Below are positions 51,045 through 61,163 of a stretch of 64,000 bases of DNA, piece after piece (positions within the stretch are counted from its first letter, which is position 1; each line of letters starts with the position of its first letter). Source of the stretch: Hypanus sabinus (lineage: Eukaryota); assembly GCF_030144855.1 (NCBI RefSeq), contig NC_082711.1:104098001-104162000 (forward strand). Direction: 5' to 3'. Below the pieces are notes generated by a model that did not search any database, had not been told where the DNA came from, and worked only from the letters and a program-made list of their open reading frames with translations. Made by a program: the position numbers and the translations under genes.

Positions 51045-51692
51045 TTTAGGAGGTTTTGGTCTTAAAGCACGGTGGACACGATCAAGTATAAGAGTAGTAG
51101 AGAGAGCTTCAGAGCCAAACACAACCACTGAAAATTGAGAAAAGAATTTAGTAAGGTCACCACTCTCAATGTCTTCATGGAGTCCTATTATTCACAGGTT
51201 CTGTCTACGAGTGCGACTTTCCAGGTCAATAATCTTGAGTTTATACTGTTCCAGTGTTTGAGTGGTCAAAGTTAATTTCTTTTCCAATCTGCCCTCTCTC
51301 TGTCTTCCAGCTTCATCGAATTCAGAAATTTGCCGCTGTTGTTTTTCACTCTCCGGCTTAAGTGCTTCCAGTCTACTTTCGATCTCCTTTAACAATACTT
51401 CCAAAGTAGAAATTTTTTTATTGAATTTATCATCCAGGAGCTTTGACATAGCTTCCAAATTGAGTTGAGTCTGTTTAGGCTGTTTAGAATCTCCTTCTCT
51501 CCTTCCAGTTCCATTACCGGCCTCCTTGCCTTTGGCTGATGCCTTTTGCCCTCTGGTATTCATTTCCAGCGATTAAAAAATCAAAGTTCAGGCACATAAA
51601 AGTGTTATAAACACTTTAATATAGGTGGTGAAAGGGTGGTTAAAAAGATTGAGAAATGAACGCAGCAAAGCCAAAATATGACTTCCTCCATC

Positions 51693-51886
51693 TAGTGCCC
51701 CAAGAGAACTCCCCTACAACCTCTCCTCTCTGGCATCTTCTCTATTCATCTCCCACCAAACAAAAGACTCTCACTTGTCAGGCACACAACACAAAAAACA
51801 CACTCCCTTCGTTGCACGGTTCACATTCCAAAGCACCCATAACCATATCTCATATCTCTAACCATAACCTAAACACTGCTTCTACA
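51693..51886. mobile_element. Probable right part of the LTR-like segment begun at 34060
   Basis: Lies between the L1 5' end and the resumed satellite; ends in CA; no TSD found. Confidence 0.35.
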
Positions 51887-53470
51887 GTTAATGGGTGTGT
51901 GGACAGTGTACACAGTTAATCAGTGTGTCAGGGACATTGTTCCCAGTGACTGTATGTGCAGACATTGTACCCCAGTAAATGGGTGTGAGGGAAGGGGTTA
52001 GTGTACCCCAGTCTTGGGGATGTGTGGGGTGGACAGTGCAAACCTGGTGACTGGGTGTGGGGCGGGGACATTGAACCCCCTGGTGACCTGTTGTAGGGGC
52101 ACAGTGCACCGCAGTCACTGTATGTGGGGGGATGTTACGTACCCCGTAACCGGTTAAAAAGAACCACCAGAAATAGATACATGTGGAGTCTGAGCCTTCC
52201 ATTATTAACTCTATTTTATTAATAACTACATGAATAAAGTAATATAAAACAGGATAAGGTGAACAGATTATCAGAGTATATGCATATATAAGTGAGTAAA
52301 TAAAGTTCCCAAGCTTCCCAGCTCAGGTGTTTGGGTGAAACTGTCTTACGGTGGTACAGTGAGTAATCAGCTCAGTTCTGGAATTTGATTTGAGTAGAGT
52401 TAGAGAGAGAGAGAGAGAGAGAGTTGGTTTGTCTTCCCAAGGCCGATGCCGATGCCGATCCTCCACATCGTCCTCCCTCTCCCGAAACTTATTTAAAGTC
52501 ACCAATTTGGACCACAGAAAGAGGAATGCCGGTTTTCCACAGTGAGCTGTCAACCCAGGCCAGGGTTAACCACACCGATAGCTCCCCACTGATCACTCCT
52601 TTGTCCACACTGTGAGCAAAAACCCCATCTTTGTCGTGGGCACACACTCACCAGCGTCCTCCTTGCCTCTGGTGTCATGTGTCTCCTGTGTGTCTGATTA
52701 AAAAGTCAACTGACCTTGCATATATCTCACAAGTGTGGAACACGAGCTGTCCATCATATAGCTCCTCCTTCCAGTTTCCAAGGCAACTCACATACTTTCT
52801 CGCTCTCCCTGCTGCTGAAATAGCACACCAACTGTTCAGTCCCCCTCTCTCTCTTTTAAAGGAACAGTCCATTTTAGAATAATCCTTTAGATCTCGTCAC
52901 AGGGGACAGTGTATGCCCCGGCACTAGGTGTGTGTGTATTGGGGACAGTGAACCCCAATCACTGGGTGTGTGGTAAGGGGGGATTGACAATGTATCTCCA
53001 GTGACCAGGTGTGCAGGGGGAATGGTGTACCCCAGTGCGGGGGGGGCGGTGAACCCCCTGGTGATCAGGTGTGTGGGGGGGTGACAGTGTACCCCAGTGA
53101 CCGGATGCGTGGACAAGTATACCAAGTTAATGGGTGTGTAGGGAGACAGCATACCCAAGTGACTGTGCATGCAGACACAGTACCCCAGTGACTGAACAAT
53201 TGGGGAGAGAACAGTGTACCCCAGTGACTGTGTGTGGGGGGGGGGAGGTGTTCAGTGTACCCCAGTGGCTGGGTGTGTGTGCCAGTGTGGGGGGCACAGT
53301 GTACCCTCCCGGTGACCGGGTGTGTGGATTGGACATTGTACGTCCCCATGGCCAGTGTGGGGTTCGGACAGTGTACCCCAGTGACCGGGTGTGTGGGGAC
53401 AGTGTACCCCAGTGACCAGGTGTGTGGGGACAGTGTACCCCAGTGACCGGGTTTGTGGGGACAGTGTACC
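51887..53470. repeat. Continuation of the G-rich satellite at 33290-34059
   Basis: Same ccagtgactgggtgtgtggggacagtgtacc units, interrupted by the solo LTR at 52133-52901. Confidence 0.9.
52133..52901 (-). mobile_element. Solo LTR with a 5-bp TSD
   Basis: TGTTACG...GTCACA flanked by GGGGA at 52128-52132 and 52902-52906; its start matches the reverse complement of the LTR end at 61142. Confidence 0.85.
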
Positions 53471-53835
53471 CCTGTATATGAGTGGAAATAGAATCTTGCT
53501 GCTTTGATTGAACCAATATGAAGGTCACTGTTCAGTTTGAGGGGCAATCTCTTTGTTTATTGCCCGGTGCCTTTGCTTATGTTGCTCAGCTCTGTGGAAT
53601 CTTTGACAGAACTGTAAGGACGCTCAGCTTTGGCTCTCGATGAGTCTGTGATTGTCCTTTGTGCCAGAACATCCAGTGGTCTGTCAGGGTGGTGAGGATG
53701 GTCTGAGGAGATTACACTAGTACCCTGACCCGAGGTAATGTGGCTGTCCTCCAGACTGTGAGAATGGTCCCAGGGTATTGAAGAGTTCAGTCTGCAGTTC
53801 CACTCCCCTCACTGGGGTAATACATCCCCTCTTAC

Positions 53836-53923
53836 CATCTCATTTCCTTTGAGAGGCTGCCGGTTGCTGCCGAACTCTTTGTTGCCTGAAATTCTGCGCA
53901 AATTGAGCTGTTGGGAAGTGGGT
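53836..53923 (-). CDS. Gene B cytoplasmic exon
   Basis: Acceptor cctcttcctctgctccacag|A and donor ATG|gtaaga; 88 nt; phase 2 in and phase 0 out reads PTSQQLNLRRISGNKEFGSNRQPLKGNEM with no stop. Confidence 0.75.
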
Positions 53924-54318
53924 CTGTGGAGCAGAGGAAGAGGCAATGAGAACCTGCCCCCACCCCAATGCTTCCTTCATAACCCAATAACTGTCACCCC
54001 TCCACACCACCTCCACTGCTAAGCCCCCATCTCTCCTGAATCCCTCCCTCAACTCTCCTTTCCATCCCACCCACAATGCAGGATTTCCTGCTCCCTCCAA
54101 CCTCCTTATTCCTTCCTCCAACCATCCACCTCCTCCCCCTCCCACCTGCACCCCAATTTCTGTCACCCACACACTCTGACACCAACTACATCCCTTCTCC
54201 CACCTTTTGTCCCGATACATGAGGGTCAGGATGTGAGCCACCTGCCTATACCCCTGTCCTGCTCCCCCTGCCCGGACTTGGCTGGACCTCCGGTCCTAAG
54301 GGTAGGACTGTTGCGTAC

Positions 54319-54451
54319 TTGCCTGCAGACCCTCTCTCTCCTGTTGCACTCCTTCTGAGGGTGAAATATAGCGAGAAAATAAGTCCCACAATGACACCAA
54401 CGATGTTGATGCTTGCACTGAGTGCAGAGATGCTCTTTAGAAAATTGTCAC
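54319..54451 (-). CDS. Gene B transmembrane exon
   Basis: Acceptor ttttctcctctcctggtgtag|G (phase 1); DNFLKS-ISALSASINIVGVIVGLIFSLYFTL-RRSATGERGSAG; donor CAA|gtacgc (phase 2), with an alternative CAG|gcaagt 4 nt upstream. Confidence 0.82.
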
Positions 54452-54564
54452 CTACACCAGGAGAGGAGAAAAGCTTCTGTGAATAACTCCGTCCTCTCAC
54501 TTCCAATGGTGGGAGATCGATGGATCGATTCCATCCTCCTCCAATTGAAGAAAAAAACCATTCA

Positions 54565-55060
54565 CCCCAGTGCTGATTCCTACCACCCACACATCACTCC
54601 TCTCCACTCGGTTACTCCTCGTCACAACACACATCACTCCTCTTCATTATCCCTCATCACTCCCCTCACCTCCATTACCCCTCATCACTCCTCACGTCAC
54701 TCTTATCCATTATCCCACATCACTCCCTTCTCCTCCATTACCCCTCATCACTCCTCACATCACTCCTCTCCATTATCCCTCATCACTCCCCTTACCTCCA
54801 TTACCCCTAATCACTCTTCACATCACTGAAGCTCCCCTGTATTACCGCTCATTACTCATCACATCACTCCCCTCCCCTCCATTATCCCTCACTCCTATCC
54901 CCTTCATTACCCCTCATTACTCCTCACATCACTGAACCTCTCCTCCATTACCACACATTACTCCTCACACCACTCCCCTCATCACTCCTTACTGCCCTCC
55001 CCACACTCAGCCACATTCTACCTCTCCATACATCAGTAACCCATCTCCTTGCTCACCCAC
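54565..55060. repeat. Low-complexity tandem repeat (catcactcctc/ccattatccc)
   Basis: Repeated short CT-rich units. Confidence 0.85.
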
Positions 55061-55138
55061 TATTAAAGTGTTTCTTCTGTTAAAATCAGCTCCTGTGTCA
55101 ATCATGTGCACTGGTATTCACTGTATGTCCATAAGGAA

Positions 55139-55164
55139 ACACACACACACACACACACACACAC
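55139..55164. repeat. (AC)13 microsatellite
   Basis: Read directly. Confidence 0.95.
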
Positions 55165-55189
55165 ATTCCCTTGACTCCGCGAGGCTGTA

Positions 55190-56100
55190 ACACAATGGGT
55201 TTGGACTGGGTATACCACACAGTTCCTTCTCTCTGTTCAATATCTGATCCAGAATGGGCTTTTCTCAAAAACAGCTCTCAACACTGGGTGAATGGACAAG
55301 GTTTTGGAAAACTCTGTCCAATTCTCTCCTTGTAGGTTCCCACTAGCCTCCTCACCATAGGAGTATTTATTCCCAAAAGAACTGAAGCTTCACCCTTCCC
55401 GACCAAGTCCAGAGAAACCAACACTGGCCAATGAGGACCTCAGCTACTCCCACATCGGCCTCTGAAAACTCCAGCAATGACCAGTGACCATCGTACGGGT
55501 AGTCATCAGTACTAAGGCCCCAGATCCCGAGTGCCTCAATTGTGAATGAGTCAAATCCTATTTGTAGAAGGATCTGTACAGCAGAGTAACCTGAGGACTG
55601 TGTCAAGTATGGCTCTAGCATGAATACTCTCGATCCATAGGAATACACTGGAACTTGGCCCCACTAAGCCTTCGGGAATAGGGTCTTTCATTTTATCGTT
55701 CTCCTTGATAGGAACATGTCCCCTCAACCCCTGAGACACCAGGCTATTCCCTCACTGGGTCTCTCCAAAGTTATTCGATTCTGCCTGAGGGAGTGGGGGG
55801 AGTGTCACGTCTGTTGAGACATTTTGAGGTTTCAATCTGTGACTGTGGGCCCTTCACCACTCACCCATCCTTAATTGATTCACATCAGCCCCTTTACACC
55901 ACAAGCAAAGCACCTTTCTCTCTCGCTGAAAAATATAGGCAGAGAATTTCTCCCCTTTCTCCTGGAACCCATTGCTAAACCCCGTCATAAGCTCCACTAG
56001 GCTTCCTGTCATGTCAGAAACACTTTCTAGTGCTTGCAGGTAGCCACAGAAGTAGCAAAGGAGATTTGAGGACATCACCACTTCAGCAGCTGGGAGGATT
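55190..56100 (-). mobile_element. Gypsy gag/PR remnant related to the element at 10402-14052
   Basis: [18 protein letters not shown] (ORF 55551-55739); FSNGFQEKGEKFSAYIF (ORF 55854-56081). Confidence 0.7.
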
Positions 56101-56129
56101 CGCCATCTTGCAGTGCATGGAGTAGTCGC

Positions 56130-57790
56130 ATTCTTAGCGGCTCCTTTTTTTTAATATACTTTATATCCCACTGACAAATCCTTTTTAGCTTTGATGATTT
56201 ATTAGTTTTACTGAAGGATTTATGATCTAATTACAATGGCTGATAAAAGTCGTTTTGGCTTTGAACTGAGGAGCGGCAAGACTTTTCCTGAAATGGAACA
56301 AATGGGAACAAACTAAGAAGGCGGAGGAACCTGTTACTTTAGCAGAAATGTTTTCTTCAATACAAGACATGAAGTCAGAATTTGGGTCACTTAATATCAA
56401 GATTGATAAACCGACCAGCTCAAATTGGAAGCTTGAATAAGCAATCTCTATGGTTCAAGATTCTCTGAAAAATCTGGACTGTCAACTTCAAATACTTCAG
56501 CAGACTACAACCCGAAATGAAAATGAGCATGATCGATTCAAGCAAACTATTAAAGATCAAGGAATGAAGATATCTTTGATGGAAAAGAAAATCACTGAAA
56601 TAGAACTATCTAAAATGTAGAAAAAAAATGGTTGATTTAGATAGTAGATAGTTGGAGGAACTTGTGTATTCAGGGACTGCCTGAAAATACAGAAGCTGGC
56701 GATCTGATAAAATTTTTCTCAGATATGTTGTACTCACTTTTTAGTGAGACCCTGGAAGCTAGCCCTTTAATTGACTCAGTCCATAGAATTCCATTTTCTC
56801 GGCGTTCACCTGAATTACATCCTCAACCAATTGTGCTTTCTCTGCATTATTATACAATCAAGGAAGCCATACTTTGAGAAGCCAGAAAAAAATGAAAGTT
56901 CATCTTTAAATCAACAGAAATTCGTATAGTAGAAGATTATCCTCCTGAAATCTTTGCCGAAAGAAGGAAATACCGAGAAGTTATGAGTGAAATGTATAAA
57001 TTAGATTTATACCCCTCCCTTCACAACCCAGCAAGGCTGATAATTCATTCTGAAAAGTCTCAGTCATTAAGAATCTATTCTCATCAGGAGGTATGGGAGT
57101 ACATTAAAAATCTTAAAGTTAAGCTTACTGAATAAAATTTTAAAATTAACCCGATTACTCAATAGGTAATTCTGAAGTATTTTGTTGCATGAGATGTTTA
57201 TGGATTTTCTGAGTTAAGTCTATTCTATACTTTTTTTAGTCTTTGGTATGGGATGTGGCTGACTAAACTTTGTTTTACTTATTAATATTTACTATATACA
57301 TAACTGTTCTATAGGGAACTTTTATAGTATTATAATCTAATGGTCTGTACAGGACCAGTCGTGTATTAATCTTTTTATTTCTTTTATTTGTTTTAATACT
57401 AACATAGTTTTAGGTTTCTTATATATATATATGCTCTTTTTTTTCAAGAGAAAGAACTCTGTCTGTAATATTATTTGCTCGGATTTATTCTTTTTTGACT
57501 GTGATTAAGATACTTCAGTTGATATTAAGATGGCCGTTGCCATTTTTTTTATTACTCTTAGACATAACATGGTAGTAGTTGAACTTTGTGCTTTTTATTA
57601 TGGCCATTTTATGTGGAATTTTTGCTTTAATTTAATATGTGGCTGCAAGATGGAGAATATGGTCAAGGGTTATTAGTTTAGCATGTGGCCAGCCTATTGG
57701 TCACTGGATTTCTTATCTTTTTAGAGGGGAGAGGGAACTATTAGATTAGGTTTTTTTCTTGATTGGGCAGTTCTTTTGATGGATTTTTTT
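56130..57790 (+). mobile_element. L1 5' part (degenerate ORF1), truncated
   Basis: CIQGLPENTEAGDL..IDSVHRI..PQPIVL (ORF 56662-56877), followed by an AT-rich inter-ORF-like region. Confidence 0.7.
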
Positions 57791-57799
57791 TCATTCAGC

Positions 57800-58250
57800 A
57801 GCCGGGGGAGTCTTTTCACATTATCAGGGCACTGCCACTCACCCAGCAGCTGAGATGTCTCAAGTCTCATATTCGTCCTCCCCTTTGGGTGGGCTTCACT
57901 CCCGAGAATATTCTCAGCCTACGATAACTTTGACTCTCCAGCAGAGCACTTTGCTATTTATCCACCAGCGATGTAACTGCTGATACCAACACCAAATTTT
58001 CACCCGTCACCGGAGGACTATTAGACCTTCCACATTAGACAACTCCTTCCCATCATTTCGCAGAAATTAAAACAACTTGCCTTTAGAGTCTTCATCTTCT
58101 GCTATGGAATACTCTGCTTCCAATTGAGCACCATTGCCTACACTTCCCTCTTCACTGAAAATATGGATGTTCCATGGCCCCGCCTCTCCAGGGAACCCAA
58201 TAGTACCGGGCAGACCCACTCCAGTCACGTCATTGCAAGTCTGAACTAAA
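57800..58250 (-). mobile_element. Gypsy gag 5' remnant (probably the upstream part of 55190-56100)
   Basis: The minus strand contains gggtgagtggcagtgc, also seen in gag at ~11200. Confidence 0.45.
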
Positions 58251-58283
58251 ATGACATCTTTGCCAGCCTTCTGATCAAACTGA

Positions 58284-58500
58284 TTTCCTTAATACTTTAA
58301 CAGTGATCATACATGATTGTAGCTTTCCCTAATACTGTAACAGTGATCATACATGATCGTAGCTTTCCCTAATACTGTAACAGTGATCATGCATGATCAT
58401 AGCTTTCCCTAATACTGTAACAGTGATCATACATGATTGTAGCTTTCCCTAATACTGTAACAGTGATCATACATGATCGTAGCTTTCCCTAATACTTTAA
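58284..58500. repeat. 40-bp tandem repeat, ~5.4 copies, each with a near-palindrome
   Basis: agctttccctaatact recurs at 58321, 58361, 58401, 58441 and 58481. Confidence 0.95.
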
Positions 58501-58692
58501 TGGTACTTAAAATCCTAATCAACAATTCAACTAGGCTGTGGATATCCACCCCACCCAGAACACAAGCCTTAGTTATAAGTAATTTCTTTGATTCACACCA
58601 ATGCTTAATCCCTGCCTTGTCCATAACCACATATCTTCATCACTTTCCTGGATAACACACGCCTAAACACAAACCCACTTAATCAATTCTTA

Positions 58693-58777
58693 CCACAAAA
58701 AAGAAAAAAACTGCAAATGCTGGAAGTCCAAGCAACACACACAAAATGCTGGAGGAAATCAGCATTTTGTGTGTGTT
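58693..58777. mobile_element. Miniature Penelope-terminus insertion with a hairpin and flanking direct repeat
   Basis: 18-bp inverted repeat 58734-58751/58760-58777; flanked by TTAATCAATTCTTA at 58679-58692 and 58776-58789. Confidence 0.7.
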
Positions 58778-58859
58778 AATCAATTCTTAGAGCAACCACA
58801 CAGTATTCAACTAATTCAATCTAATACAATACCACCAAATTGGAACCCTTTTTCAGTGG

Positions 58860-59420
58860 GCATCTCTAGAGTCACAGCTCATTAAACTCTCGCTAACAGC
58901 TGCCGGACTAAGCGGTGGGAAAACGCCACATGTCTAGGGTCGATATGACTTCAGTCCCGTCAAACCTGAGAAGTTGGGATCTCTGTCCCACCCAAACCCC
59001 AATTTCTGTGAAGACTGTGTAATTACTGCTCCCATGTAATCAACAGGCAGCAAGAAATAACAAGACTGTACACTGCATACAATAATAAAGAAAGTATATT
59101 ATAAAGAAAGTAAAGTTTAACCAAACAGTTAGGAAATAAAATTTAAAAAGGGCCCAGCATAATTAGACCGTCTAATCTGCACAGGTTGGAGCTCAAACCT
59201 TCTGATGCATTGACAGTCCTGACTCATTTTCACTGATCACCACTAGAATTCCTCCTCTTGGGCTCCATCAGATTTTGCATTCCCATCAGATCAAATCCTA
59301 TAGCCAGTTCTCTGGAACTTCTTTCTGTATCTTCCACCAAAAAAAGATCTTGACCCACCTCAGTGTCCCCCACAAAACCTTTACCCTGGCATTCTCTCGA
59401 ACCTTCTCCTAGTTTCACCA
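58860..59420. mobile_element. LTR-like fragment of the same family as 34060-34440
   Basis: Shared motifs noted above; boundaries unclear. Confidence 0.4.
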
Positions 59421-59549
59421 TCCTGATTGGAAGACACAATATACCTAAGCATCCCTTATCTTTAACAGGAATCAAATACAACCAACAGAACACATTACTT
59501 CTACAAAAAACCATTAGAAGAAATACCCTAGAATATTAGGAGTAAATTT

Positions 59550-60120
59550 TTTACTGGGGGTACACTAGTGGGCATCATTTAAAGTGAGAGGGGATAATTT
59601 TAAATGAGATGTGAGAAGAAAGTTCTTTTGCTCTCTTTTAAAAATGTAACACAGGGAGTACTGAATGCCTAAAATTAGCAGCCTTGAGTGGTGATAGAGG
59701 CAGTTACGTCAAGGACTTTTATAAGATATTTAGATCGGCACATGAATATGAGGAAATCAGAAGGATACAGACATTGTGTAGGCAGATGGGGTTAGTTTAT
59801 AGGTACAAGAGCCTCAGGACCCATCCCACCATGTTCAGGAATTTAATACCCCTCAACCACTAATTAGTCCCTCTGGTCTTGAACCGGGGGTACAGGGGGT
59901 GTGGCCAGTGTTGAAACAGAAACACTCATCTGGACTCACCCTACACTGAACCGTTCCCACAGTTCTGGACTCACTTTCAAGGACTTGTCATGTCCTGTTG
60001 TGATATTTATTGCTTAATTATTTATGATTACATTTGTATGCCACAATTTGTTGCCTTTTGCTCATTGATTGTTTGTCTTGTGCACAGGTTTCATTGATTC
60101 TATGGTGTTTCTTTGTATTT
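59550..60120 (+). mobile_element. Decayed CR1 and Rex1-like 3' ends
   Basis: CR1-like gggcatcattt..agtgagagggga...; Rex1-like caggaccc..accatgttcagg...gaatgcc-type 3' sequence. Confidence 0.45.
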
Positions 60121-60232
60121 ACTGAAAACTGAAAATGAATTAAGAAAGATATTGGATGATGCCAGGGTGGTGTTCAAGGACGGCATTGGAAAACTCAAAC
60201 GTATCAAGGGTAAAAGAACACTAAATGACAAT

Positions 60233-60815
60233 TGTTATGTGTGCTGAACAAACCAGATGGGAATGGGGTTCAGAGCTACCCCCCCCCCCGAAAATAGGCT
60301 GCTGATGAGAGAGAGATGAAGAACAGAGATAGAGGCATCTGTTACAGATAAGAGGGAGAGAGAGAAGATTGCTTTATGTATTATGGCTTCTTCACTGATT
60401 ATTTACCTTCTGCTACAAGGACACTTCTTTGCTCATTAACATTCTTGCTGAGACAGCAGGGAGTGGACTAGTTTGATGGACATGGTCACGTGGAGTTGAT
60501 GGATGGCTGATACCCTGTCAATGGGGATAAAAGACCGATCTGGAGAGACACCCTTAGATACACCAGTGGACACTGAAAGAGTGTTGTGCACCCACAGGAA
60601 GGTGGGGGTTTGGAGGATCGGTTCAGGAGAATCGGTCTGAAGCACGGTGAAGGAAAGCAGACTGGTAGGGACTTGTGTGTGTGTCCACCCTTGCCTGGGT
60701 GACGAGTCCATCACTAAAGAATGGTCTAGCTTGGAATGGAAGGGTCATAATCGGTGACCCCAATGGTACAACTGAACAAGAAGACGATGGAAGGTTTGCC
60801 TACTGCAGCTGCTCA

Positions 60816-60861
<46 letters not shown>

Positions 60862-61142
60862 ACTGCAAAGCAACAACTACCTCAGCATGAACTGAACTGA
60901 ACTCTATATTTTCCTATGACAATTCATTTACCCCTAGACTTTGATAAACCTTCTTTTTATTGTTGATCATTATTCCTACACTTCTGTTTTTTATTATTGC
61001 TAACCTGTTTTATATGTATATTGGCATTTTTGAACTGTATTGTTTAGTTTACTAATAAACACCTCTAGTTACAGTACCAGCAGACCCAAACGTATCATTC
61101 TATTTCTACTGGCTTGTTAACCCAGTTAAGGGATACGTAACA
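60233..61142 (+). mobile_element. LTR (TG...CA, 910 bp) followed by a tRNA-Pro PBS but no internal genes
   Basis: TGTTATG...CGTAACA; internal (CT)n at 60823-60856; AATAAA at ~61054. Confidence 0.75.
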
Positions 61143-61145
61143 AAT

Positions 61146-61163
61146 TGGGGGCTCGTCCGGGAT
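61146..61163 (+). promoter_or_regulatory. Primer-binding site, tRNA-Pro
   Basis: TGGGGGCTCGTCCGGGAT, 3 nt after the LTR end. Confidence 0.88.

Larger units (their letters stand above)
34441..51692 (-). mobile_element. Full-length but decayed L1-clade LINE (host of three insertions; own sequence ~5.5 kb)
   Basis: Colinear pieces: 5' end and ORF1 N-terminus 51692-51050; ORF1 C-terminus 46880-46321; EN/RT 44465-42055 (VNICAPN, GDF, YSRIEYF, LEAEKAFDRVEW, GTRQGCPLSPLL); RT and C-terminus 36382-34441 (HMFWSCP); 3' A-rich tail at 34441. Confidence 0.85.

Noticed and set aside
34428-51725. cctataacctctc / cctacaacctctc as TSD of the host L1
   Set aside because: The right copy is ~20 bp from the apparent L1 5' end and imperfect, so a TSD cannot be claimed.
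53890-53910. SICAEF as a decayed SIYAEx motif in the GC-donor frame
   Set aside because: One base from Tyr, but the +3 residue is Phe and the frame is the alternative one; too weak.
54300-54322. GKYATV tyrosine motif right after the TM exon
   Set aside because: It lies past both donor sites (intronic) and does not fit the ITSM or ITIM consensus at position -2.
54422-54935. Pro/Ser/His-rich mucin-like ORFs next to the TM exon
   Set aside because: Low-complexity repeat on the strand opposite to gene B; no splice signals supporting a stalk exon.
57843-57860. Strong donor-like CTGG|gtgagt on the - strand as a possible Ig exon end of gene B
   Set aside because: The same gggtgagtggcagtgc occurs in Gypsy gag at ~11200, and the upstream sequence has no Ig-like open frame.
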